Positions 1 through 8,448 of a DNA stretch of 64,000 bases are shown here, piece by piece (the stretch's first letter is position 1; every line of letters begins with the position of its first letter). A program made the position numbers and the translations under genes. Origin of the DNA: a virus; the IMG/VR virus record IMGVR_UViG_3300015195_000004, positions 1,050 to 65,049 of that record; one strand, 5' to 3'. The notes below the pieces were generated by a model. That model ran no database searches and was not told the origin of the DNA. It saw nothing but the letters and a program-made list of their open reading frames with translations.

Positions 1-88
1 TAGGAATTTTGAAAGTTACTCGTCAACAAAAACGACATCTAGCTAGGATTAATGCTAAGTTGGATGAAAGGGCTTATGGAAATGTCTA

Positions 89-280
89 ATGGGTAGGTCA
101 GGAGATAAAGATATAGAGATTAGACACGCCATAGAAAAATATGATACGGCGTACAAGTTATGTCAGTTTTATGTAGGACTTTTTGATAATAACTTATCTA
201 CTCCTGAGTATCAAACTTTGATTCTAGACAAACTAAGAGATTTTGAGTCAGATAGCACATTAGCACACTATTTCTGGTAG
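89..280 (+). CDS. hypothetical protein (63 aa)
   Basis: ORF track; co-directional with downstream plus-strand genes; no motif recognised. Confidence 0.5.
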   Translation: MGRSGDKDIEIRHAIEKYDTAYKLCQFYVGLFDNNLSTPEYQTLILDKLRDFESDSTLAHYFW

Positions 281-339
281 ACTAGACAAAAGAAAAGCCT
301 CCCAGCCAATAAAGGCCAAGAGGCAAGAAGGAATAATAT

Positions 340-555
340 ATGAAGTTACCATTTCAAGTATATCTAGGAATCCTAGTTCAGGCACTCCTAGGAACGGCAT
401 CATTCCGAGTAGGATCAAAAACAGTTACTTTAGTGCATGTTGCCGGAAACCCCGTCCATTTTACTAGTAGTCAAGCAATTGTTGCTGCTACAGAAGCATA
501 TGCGGGACTCACAGGTACTGCCCAAATCGGCAGCATCCAGATTAATATTCAGTGA
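340..555 (+). CDS. hypothetical protein (71 aa)
   Basis: SD-like GAAGGA upstream of ATG; stop lies 4 nt before the next ATG. Confidence 0.65.
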   Translation: MKLPFQVYLGILVQALLGTASFRVGSKTVTLVHVAGNPVHFTSSQAIVAATEAYAGLTGTAQIGSIQINIQ

Positions 556-559
556 TATA

Positions 560-1099
560 ATGTCACAAGTAGGCGTAGCTAGGTTGATTGCAACAGTTGC
601 CCATAAAGGTCAAAAACGGGCAGACGGCAAGACTGATTATATAACCCATCCATTAAGAGTAGTAGAACTAGTTAATGAATGGAGCAAGTCTATTGAGTAT
701 AATAAAGATATGATTGCCGCCGCCTGGCTACACGATGTAGTCGAAGACACTAAAGTAACCTTACTGGACCTAGAAATTTGGGGAATAGAGAAACCTATTC
801 TACTCTTAGTTGGACTCCTCACTAAATTTAAGGGCGGCCCAGCAGACAAACATTACTACGACAATATAAAGAATAACCTCGCAGCACTTATGATTAAATG
901 CGCCGACAGGTGTAGTAATTTAGAAGATGCCATCAAGGAAGTTAAATCAAGTAGTAATATTCCCAGATGGGAGCGGTATTTAGATAAAACTAGAGCAGAC
1001 TTGCTTCCTTTATTTGTACCTAGTAAACCACATTGTAACTACATACACCTCCTAACTCACCAATTAGCAGAAGCTATCAAAGAATCGAAAGGTAATTAA
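560..1099 (+). CDS. RelA/SpoT-type HD-domain hydrolase (small alarmone hydrolase / Mesh1-like)
   Basis: Motifs AHKGQKR, YITHPLRV, AAWLHDVVED, IKCADRCSNL; start moved to ATG 560 because the longer ORF overlaps the upstream gene. Confidence 0.85.
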   Translation: MSQVGVARLIATVAHKGQKRADGKTDYITHPLRVVELVNEWSKSIEYNKDMIAAAWLHDVVEDTKVTLLDLEIWGIEKPILLLVGLLTKFKGGPADKHYYDNIKNNLAALMIKCADRCSNLEDAIKEVKSSSNIPRWERYLDKTRADLLPLFVPSKPHCNYIHLLTHQLAEAIKESKGN

Positions 1100-1100
1100 C

Positions 1101-1634
1101 TTGAACAAATTCACAATTATCCTAGTTGCATCCCTACTTACAGGCTGTGGAGGCGTCGTTGCGTCCAACCCACCCAATGAATACCTTATGAAGAATACAA
1201 CACATGGATGTAAGAAGAAATGCCCTAGCCCAACACCCACCCCTACGGCAATTCCAACAGCAACTCCTACTCCCGTCCCTACACCAACACCTGTTCCAAC
1301 CCCCGTTCCTAGTCCTACACCAATAGTTGTTACTGTATCAAACACTACAGACATCTTTGGTCAGAGTTGCCAAGAGATTCTAAGTGTGTCACAAGGGTAT
1401 GCGTACAACCTCTACCTCACGTCTATGATATTGAACTCAGGAAACAGTGGAACACTGACTATATGGACTGAAGCGACCTGCACGGCTCAGATGGTCGGAG
1501 GCCCCTACACACCAACTATTGGCGTACCATTAACTATGAATATTCCTATGGTAAACAACGCCATATTTGCACTCTATATTCCAACCCCATACTCTGATGC
1601 CTACTTTACAGTGACGGCAACTGGTCTGCAGTAG
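1101..1634 (+). CDS. predicted lipoprotein with Pro/Thr-rich linker
   Basis: MNKFTIILVASLLTG-C lipobox, then a (PT)n repeat and a beta-rich C-terminus. Confidence 0.7.
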   Translation: MNKFTIILVASLLTGCGGVVASNPPNEYLMKNTTHGCKKKCPSPTPTPTAIPTATPTPVPTPTPVPTPVPSPTPIVVTVSNTTDIFGQSCQEILSVSQGYAYNLYLTSMILNSGNSGTLTIWTEATCTAQMVGGPYTPTIGVPLTMNIPMVNNAIFALYIPTPYSDAYFTVTATGLQ

Positions 1635-1640
1635 AGTATA

Positions 1641-2348
1641 TTAAACCCGTTTAATTAAGTCTAAGGGGACTTCTAAAATATCTCCATCAACTGGAGCAGA
1701 GGTCCCTATTACATGTTTATGGTCTGTGTTCTGCCACAGGCCTATTCTTTTTACTCCTTGAGGCATGTCAGGGTTCTCTTGGTTTGCATATTCAGCTATG
1801 TGGAAAAGGTGCCCAGAAAAGGCATCTGTACTCTTCATAATATCTCCCCAGAAACTATATCCTGTGTAGATAGTACATAATTTACCTTTTAGAGTAGCTT
1901 CTATTATTTGTAAGAACTGTGATAATCTATGAACTAAAACCCCAACATCAGTAACTCCGTCTTGTGATGCACCTTCTACATCAACCATAGGAACGAGTTG
2001 TCCTAGGTTCCCCTCAATAACAGATAGAAAGTTCTTAGACTGTTCTTCTGGAGTACTTGACCCCATGTGGAAGAAGTGATAGGGGCCGAATGGAATGCCT
2101 ACAGATTTAGCTCCATCATGATACTCTCGAAACTTTGCGTCCTGGATAGTTCTACCTTCAGTAGCTTTAGCATATATAAATGCAGGCTTGGACGCGGATG
2201 AGCCCAGTTCAGCCCAGTTTATGTGACCTTGAGCCTCAGATATGTCTATCCCAAATAGTTTCTTTGGTTCTAATACTTTTGGTGCAGTCACTGGGGCAAT
2301 AATTGGTGCAATAACCTCTACAGGCTTTGTCTCTAATTCTTCACTCAT
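1641..2348 (-). CDS. GH25 muramidase (endolysin)
   Basis: GIDISEAQG, KATEG, GPYHFF, PMVDVE motifs; SD AGGAG upstream of ATG 2348. Confidence 0.9.
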   Translation of the reverse strand: MSEELETKPVEVIAPIIAPVTAPKVLEPKKLFGIDISEAQGHINWAELGSSASKPAFIYAKATEGRTIQDAKFREYHDGAKSVGIPFGPYHFFHMGSSTPEEQSKNFLSVIEGNLGQLVPMVDVEGASQDGVTDVGVLVHRLSQFLQIIEATLKGKLCTIYTGYSFWGDIMKSTDAFSGHLFHIAEYANQENPDMPQGVKRIGLWQNTDHKHVIGTSAPVDGDILEVPLDLIKRV

Positions 2349-2410
2349 TTTATTTACTCTCCTAAATTGTTCTGGTGTTGTTCTAAACCTAAACATGCTC
2401 ATAGGATATA

Positions 2411-2557
2411 TTAATCCCCTGTAACTGTAATTGTGGCATTATATTTTCTCCTCTTATCTACTTTTTCTTTTATTTTCTTAGTTAAAGCATGTACTTCTTC
2501 TGCTAATGCCTGCATCGCCGCAAGTTTATCTGGATTAGGAGGTTCGGGGCTATTCAT
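2411..2557 (-). CDS. small hypothetical protein in lysis cassette (48 aa, MNSPEPPNPDKL...)
   Basis: Manual translation; below the ORF track size cut-off. Confidence 0.55.
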   Translation of the reverse strand: MNSPEPPNPDKLAAMQALAEEVHALTKKIKEKVDKRRKYNATITVTGD

Positions 2558-2689
2558 CTTCAATAACCTCCTCAGTCTCTTCAGCCGATTCTAGATCGTC
2601 TGCTATTTCTTCTATATCTTCATGTAACTCATCCAAAGATTTTATGGTCTTTTTAGCCAAGGAAGTAAAAGGGCTATTAAAAAATGCAC
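2550..2689 (-). CDS. small membrane peptide, open only with a -1 shift at an A5 run (MHFLIALLLPWLK/KTIKSLDELHEDIEE...)
   Basis: SD AGGTGA plus GTG start; the -1 frame ends in an ATGAATAG overlap with the next gene. Confidence 0.4.
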
Positions 2690-2698
2690 TGTACTCAC

Positions 2699-3199
2699 CT
2701 ATGCCTTAAAGTTAGGTTCTTCGGAAATAGGTTCCATACCAGCAGTCTTTAGTTGTCTAATAAGCTGCCTGCCCCAAACTAGTGCCAACTCTCGTTCAGC
2801 CTCTATCTTTTCCACTTCGTTTCTTTCTTCTTCTAATAATTCATTAACATGCTTTAGTAGCTCTTTTGCCGATTCTAGTTCTTCAGATAAGCGGTCTAGT
2901 CTAGACGATAGGTCATCTACAAAACCCTTAAAGTCGTCTCTACTAGACTCAACAAATGCCAACTTAGCTTCTAGGGTTTTTGTCTTCATAGCTAAGGTTT
3001 GATTTTCTTCCACTACTCGTTTTACGTGGAACAGATGAATCCACAATCTTTCTATATTGTCTCTAATCTGGATTCTCCATCCAGTTATGGCCCCAGTTAT
3101 GCCTAAGGCACTTAAGATTGTTATTATAGTTTGTATTTCTTGAGGAGTTAAGTTAGGAAGGAAGGGCAAATTTAGATTCATAATAGAGATTCCATTCAT
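2699..3199 (-). CDS. holin-like or lysis-associated membrane protein with coiled coil
   Basis: One N-terminal hydrophobic helix, long heptad region, directly upstream of the endolysin. Confidence 0.5.
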   Translation of the reverse strand: MNGISIMNLNLPFLPNLTPQEIQTIITILSALGITGAITGWRIQIRDNIERLWIHLFHVKRVVEENQTLAMKTKTLEAKLAFVESSRDDFKGFVDDLSSRLDRLSEELESAKELLKHVNELLEEERNEVEKIEAERELALVWGRQLIRQLKTAGMEPISEEPNFKA

Positions 3200-3970
3200 T
3201 TAGGATGCAGAAGTGTAAGAGCCAGAAACTACAAGATGTCCGCCAGATAAAGTAACATTTGCGTGGCCTCCGCCGCCTGTATTAGGAAGTGCGGGAAAGT
3301 AGGCATTAGTAGAACTTGCGGTAACAATACAACCAACATTAACATTAGTGCTATTTAAAACTACTGATAACCCCTGAAGGGTGCCTGTACAGGTAAATGG
3401 TAGAGAAATCATAGCCTGACTAGTATCAGCAGTAGTAGGGTAAGTTATATTTATTTGAACATTTACGTTTTTTCCTATTTTAATATAGGATGCGTTTGTA
3501 ACAGTTAAAGTTAATCCTGCTCCTGATGTGTCAGTTAATACCCAAGTACCCACTTCAAAATCATTCAGAGTGGATTGAGTCCCCCCGCCTGGATTGGCAT
3601 TAAATGTTATCCCACCAGAAGCAGAAGTAATTAAACCACCAATAGTTGGTGTGGAACTGTATGACGGGGCAGTTGCTACTCCTCCAGACACCAGAACTGA
3701 ATTAACAGCAACATCTGATAACCCTGCTAATGTGCCAGAGCCTGAAGCATACAGAAGCTGTCCTGTAGTGTAGGAAGTAAGGTTAGTACCTCCTTGATTA
3801 ACCGGCACTGTACCTGTAATCTTAGAAAAGGCTAAAGAAGGAATGTCGGTAGAGACTAAGGACCTAAATAGGCCAAACCCATGAGAACCATTCGGAGTAG
3901 CAAATACCTGATTCCCACTCTGGGCCTCTTCTTTAACTGGGGGGCCAAGTTCACGATCAAAATTCGGCAT
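3200..3970 (-). CDS. tail fibre / receptor-binding protein
   Basis: FRSLVSTDIP and VPVNQGGT fibre repeats; C-terminal GTWVLT...YIKIGKNV...SLPF head domain. Confidence 0.75.
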   Translation of the reverse strand: MPNFDRELGPPVKEEAQSGNQVFATPNGSHGFGLFRSLVSTDIPSLAFSKITGTVPVNQGGTNLTSYTTGQLLYASGSGTLAGLSDVAVNSVLVSGGVATAPSYSSTPTIGGLITSASGGITFNANPGGGTQSTLNDFEVGTWVLTDTSGAGLTLTVTNASYIKIGKNVNVQINITYPTTADTSQAMISLPFTCTGTLQGLSVVLNSTNVNVGCIVTASSTNAYFPALPNTGGGGHANVTLSGGHLVVSGSYTSAS

Positions 3971-3993
3971 ATACTACTCCTATTCTTTACTTA

Positions 3994-4341
3994 TTAAACT
4001 ATGTGATTAACATAGCCTGAAATTAGGACTACGTTTGTCGTTCCTGCAAATGCAGTAATTAATAATCCATTTTGAATCATACCGTTAGAAACAATTGGGA
4101 AGTTACCAGATTGTCCAGGGATAGAAACAACTATATTATTAGCTGCTCCTGCTGCTCCCCATTCTAAGGTTAATACTACTGCAGAAGCTGAAGTGTTGGT
4201 AGCAAATAGGGTTAAGACATCCCATGAAGATGTCCCCGCTACTGCTGTATGTACTGTAGTTCCTAAAGTTGCTGTCGCAGCAATTTGAACTTGTTTGCCA
4301 TTTACCGAAGCCGACAAAGCCGACCGGGAATATACTGCCAT
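3994..4341 (-). CDS. small virion beta-sandwich protein associated with fibres
   Basis: 115 aa, AATATLGTTVHTA...LTLEWG...AFAGTTNVVLISGYVN pattern typical of phage tail accessory proteins; synteny. Confidence 0.6.
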   Translation of the reverse strand: MAVYSRSALSASVNGKQVQIAATATLGTTVHTAVAGTSSWDVLTLFATNTSASAVVLTLEWGAAGAANNIVVSIPGQSGNFPIVSNGMIQNGLLITAFAGTTNVVLISGYVNHIV

Positions 4342-4370
4342 TTCTTTTCTCCTTTATTGCGATAATTTAA

Positions 4371-4733
4371 TCACGCACTAAATAATTCATTAGCTACTTG
4401 AATACTGGTGTTTGCGAACGGGACATCAGATGCTAACATAAGTCTCCATGTAGGAGTACCACTAGACCCGTCTGGTCCCGCATGAAAGGTGTTAGCTGAT
4501 TCTGATGCCCAAACTGCAGAAAGGGTTCCAGAGGTTGTTACTGGGCTTCCAGAGACTGTTAAATCGGCAGGAAGAGACAGAGCAACACTAGTTACAGTTC
4601 CTGCAGTAGGGTCTGTTGTTAATACGTAGTTCTGCCCATCACTAGTAACCGATTTGCCGTTTTGCCCAATAGGTGAAGGTAGGTTAATTTCTTGATGAGT
4701 AAGTTGCCCAAGTCGGGCATCATAATTTGACAT
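4371..4733 (-). CDS. short tail fibre-like protein
   Basis: GTVTSVALSLP..TVSGSPVTTSGTL and PTWRLMLASDVP fibre motifs. Confidence 0.65.
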   Translation of the reverse strand: MSNYDARLGQLTHQEINLPSPIGQNGKSVTSDGQNYVLTTDPTAGTVTSVALSLPADLTVSGSPVTTSGTLSAVWASESANTFHAGPDGSSGTPTWRLMLASDVPFANTSIQVANELFSA

Positions 4734-4743
4734 AGTTAACTCC

Positions 4744-7700
4744 TTAAGAAAATAGCTGTTGGGCTATTACTATATTTAAATCATCGGGTATAACTGATAT
4801 TTGATTACTTGCCAAACTAATTGCCGTTCCTGCTGTATAAGTTCCTAAGAAGGCCCATACTGGAGAAGTGGCAACAAATGCAGTTTGTACATATACTGAA
4901 CCTTGAAGGCCTGATCCAGGCTGAACTAATCTTGTACTTCCTTGAGGCTGTTTATCAAATGTACTAGCCCCTCCACCTGAGGTAGGGACTACAGTAGCGG
5001 CTGTAGTTGTTGGTGATGTCGAAATAGTGCTGGCGTCAAATCCAGTATTGTGAATAAAGACTTGAGCTACAGATAAAGGTGTTCTAGTAGAGCCGTCTGA
5101 GGCATCTGCTGGACCTACATTATATCCAGTAGAGATACTATTTTGTTCCAACATCGGCAACGCAAATACTAAGTTTCCAGAACTGATAGTCATTGCATCT
5201 GAATGGAACATAAAGCAAACTTGGGTAACACCACCAGGAACAGTAAATGCAGTATCTAAATGAATAGTGCCTCTTTGACCAGCAGGTTGGTGTTTCTGAG
5301 CATATATTGTAGTAAAAGTAGCTAATCCTGTGTAGTCTACAATTGCTATGTAAGCTCCCCCTGTAGACCCCCCAGAGGAAGTGGTAGCATCAATATATCC
5401 AGATTCCATTAAGGTCTGGGCGGTAGCAACTGTGATAGGCTCTGAAATAGCTCTAAATACTAATCCACTAGCTACAGCAGGTACTGCTAAGAAGTTATTA
5501 CCTTGGGCATCAGACCCTTTACCAATATATCCATTATTGATGCCATCTATGTTAAAGAATTTCCAGTTTAAATTAATACCTGATTTGGTAGACAATCCAG
5601 TAGGCCCAGCATTGTTATATCCCCACATAGACTTTGTAAATCCTGAATCTACTACTAAATTAGCAGTTGATACAGTACCAGGAAAGGATAGTTTAATAGG
5701 ACTAGTATAATTAGACTGAAATACAGTTCTTATACCATGTACATTATGAGTAGAAACGTATTGTATAGAAAAGTCATAAGGTATTCCTACAGCTAATTGT
5801 CCATAAGTCTGAACTTCTGCTTGTGTTTGTGGAGGTAGAGGAAGCCCTTTTAGGTTAGTGTATGAATAATCTGTCCAATCATATGTAGATGGAGTTTCTC
5901 CTTGGTTAATTAATAAGAAAGTAGTAACCCAGTTGGTGCTAGTAAGCTCAGAGCCGAATGTTCCTGTAGTAGAAATTGTACCTGTTCCAGTAGGAACAAG
6001 GTGAGATGAAAAGACAGTTGATACATTTCCACTTCCTGTATCATCTAATGATGAAAACGTGTCATATACAAATCCATTAGTAAATGTAGGAGTAGTGGGA
6101 GAAGGGTCATTAGTCAGATATATGATCTGAAAGATCGCTAGTGATGCAGAGATAGAGGAAGTTAATGACCCGGAAGGAACAGATATTCCTGGCCCACCAG
6201 CCACAGTATTAGTCATAGTACTAACTATTACTGATGAGTTGACACCACTAACCTCTCGTCCAATATAATTTGTGTAATAGGTGCTTCCAAGTGAATGTGG
6301 GAATGAGTCTACTGATGCATCCCAAATTTTATAGTAAACCCATGATGATGTATGAACGCCATCAGTAGCTAATGTGTACCCAAAACCAAGCATGTCAGAA
6401 GTTAAAGAAGCGTCGCCTAAACCAAAACAAAATATAACTAAATTGCCTGTTGACGGCTGATATGTCCCAGTTGCATCAAGTCGTATTGGAGTACGAACTC
6501 CTCGGCCATCTCCAGAGAAGTAGGGCAGTGCATATGTTTTAACTATACTTAAATCAGGAATCGGAGGAGAAGGAGCATTTTTCCTAAACCCCCAAAGAAG
6601 TCTATCAACAGAGTAGTCTTGTGGTACATTAGTTATTGTTAATGAAGTAGTTATATCCTGTAAAGACCCAGCAATAGCATTATTGTCAACTTGTGATACA
6701 AGGGCAGATAAGGAAACTGATCCCCCTTGGACTACTGGGGCAACTGGTATGCCTGTGGGAATGGGTAATGGAACTACAAAGATAGGAGGTTGTGCTGTCG
6801 TTCCTATTGTAGTGACAGAACCTCTAGTACCGGCAGTGTCTACATACCTTATTCCAAGATCATAAGTAGATGCATTAAGTAGATCATTCCATATAGCTTG
6901 ATAACTACCTGATACATTAGGGTCTAAGGTGCCTCGTTGTGTGTAAGTAGAAGTGCCAGTTGGGGCACTAACTAATTCAATAAATGCTAAAGTACTAGAC
7001 GAAGATGTGCCACCACTATTTAAGTATATATTAGCTACTGCATCATAAGTCAATGCTCCAATATTCTCAATATATGAGAATTGGGTGCTGCCTTGTGTAG
7101 TAACTGGGGCTGTCCCTGGTCCTGCTGATCCTGTGACAACTCCTGGGTATGTTGCTGATCCAACTGTAGCAATAGTACTTATGGCCCCAGAGAGGTCTAC
7201 AAAGGCTGCAGAGATCGTTCTGTTGCCTGTTAGCTTCATCAGGGCGTTATACTGATTGTTAGAGGTCTGAGGTAGGTCTATATAGGCTCCAGTGCCATCT
7301 GAGACTCGTATTCCCTCCATCCAGGGTTGAGGAGAACCTCCTACCGTGAAGGCACAATCTGCATAGAAATTACCCGAAGAGATAGATAAGGGATAAGTTA
7401 TTGTAACTGCAGAAATTACAGGAGCAGTTAGGGGAGAGGGATTATCAAGCTTTAGAGGATTATCACAAGTACCATAAAAATCCATCTCAAGATGTTTTAC
7501 TTGATTAGCGGTGCATTTGAATGCTGGATATATGTGATTAGGATTAAGGGATGAACCTGAATCAGTGAAGTCGAAGTAATTGGTACCATCAATCCAAGCC
7601 TTAAGTCTATAAGATGTTCCACCAAGAAATGTAATCGAAAAGACAAAGGTATGAAGAACTGAAGGAGTTACTGAATGTATTACATCATAAATGTCTACTC

Positions 7701-8424
7701 CATTTTTAAACAGAGAGATATTGCCTGTAACAGAGGACATGTTAAACTGATATGTGTTAGTGCCGTCTGATATTACAGGACCCCAATCAGCAGTTCCAGT
7801 ATTCTCAGAAGTCCAGTCAAAGAACATCCAAGAACCAACTGGCATTACGATACCAACTGTACTTACAGAACTGGCGGCAGTTTGTGTATATAAACCACCT
7901 GATAAGGACATACTAGGAAAAGCAGAACCAATAATATCACCAGAAGTTAATACTGGAGTAATAGTCTGAAGACTCGATAAGTAATAAGGAAATGCACCTG
8001 TTAAGGAATTAGAAGAATTAATTTGTATTGCTTCTACGATGGGAAATTCTGGTGGGTTAATATTGCCCACATGCGTACGAGTGCCTACGTTAGTAAATTT
8101 GGCCGATGGGGCAGACTTTGAGACCTGACCTGTAAAACTTAGAACTTTATGTTTATCTAAATCTACAGTAACAATTGATCCGCCTACATTTTGGGCATTA
8201 TTATAGAAGAATTTGAATCCATGTGAACCACCAGGACCAAAAGGAGCAAAAGAAGAATCTATAGAATAAAGCGATTCCGCAGGAGTGTGATTATCAATTA
8301 ATATTGTAACTAGGGTTGGGCTGTTTATGCTATCTACTGCCTGAATTACACCGACCCCGATGCCACGCACTTGCTGAAGCGGGAGTCCTGTTGGACTGAT
8401 AATTTTACTTGGGCCACCTAGCAT
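4744..8424 (-). CDS. large multidomain tail protein / central fibre
   Basis: About 1226 aa, Ser/Thr/Gly-rich beta protein downstream of the hub gene; GGGAG SD before ATG 8424. Confidence 0.7.
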   Translation of the reverse strand: MLGGPSKIISPTGLPLQQVRGIGVGVIQAVDSINSPTLVTILIDNHTPAESLYSIDSSFAPFGPGGSHGFKFFYNNAQNVGGSIVTVDLDKHKVLSFTGQVSKSAPSAKFTNVGTRTHVGNINPPEFPIVEAIQINSSNSLTGAFPYYLSSLQTITPVLTSGDIIGSAFPSMSLSGGLYTQTAASSVSTVGIVMPVGSWMFFDWTSENTGTADWGPVISDGTNTYQFNMSSVTGNISLFKNGVDIYDVIHSVTPSVLHTFVFSITFLGGTSYRLKAWIDGTNYFDFTDSGSSLNPNHIYPAFKCTANQVKHLEMDFYGTCDNPLKLDNPSPLTAPVISAVTITYPLSISSGNFYADCAFTVGGSPQPWMEGIRVSDGTGAYIDLPQTSNNQYNALMKLTGNRTISAAFVDLSGAISTIATVGSATYPGVVTGSAGPGTAPVTTQGSTQFSYIENIGALTYDAVANIYLNSGGTSSSSTLAFIELVSAPTGTSTYTQRGTLDPNVSGSYQAIWNDLLNASTYDLGIRYVDTAGTRGSVTTIGTTAQPPIFVVPLPIPTGIPVAPVVQGGSVSLSALVSQVDNNAIAGSLQDITTSLTITNVPQDYSVDRLLWGFRKNAPSPPIPDLSIVKTYALPYFSGDGRGVRTPIRLDATGTYQPSTGNLVIFCFGLGDASLTSDMLGFGYTLATDGVHTSSWVYYKIWDASVDSFPHSLGSTYYTNYIGREVSGVNSSVIVSTMTNTVAGGPGISVPSGSLTSSISASLAIFQIIYLTNDPSPTTPTFTNGFVYDTFSSLDDTGSGNVSTVFSSHLVPTGTGTISTTGTFGSELTSTNWVTTFLLINQGETPSTYDWTDYSYTNLKGLPLPPQTQAEVQTYGQLAVGIPYDFSIQYVSTHNVHGIRTVFQSNYTSPIKLSFPGTVSTANLVVDSGFTKSMWGYNNAGPTGLSTKSGINLNWKFFNIDGINNGYIGKGSDAQGNNFLAVPAVASGLVFRAISEPITVATAQTLMESGYIDATTSSGGSTGGAYIAIVDYTGLATFTTIYAQKHQPAGQRGTIHLDTAFTVPGGVTQVCFMFHSDAMTISSGNLVFALPMLEQNSISTGYNVGPADASDGSTRTPLSVAQVFIHNTGFDASTISTSPTTTAATVVPTSGGGASTFDKQPQGSTRLVQPGSGLQGSVYVQTAFVATSPVWAFLGTYTAGTAISLASNQISVIPDDLNIVIAQQLFS

Positions 8425-8448
8425 AATCAATCTCCCTTCTTATCTATT

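Noticed and set aside
3200-8424. Diversity-generating retroelement acting on fibres
   Set aside because: No reverse transcriptase and no template/variable repeat pair visible in the window
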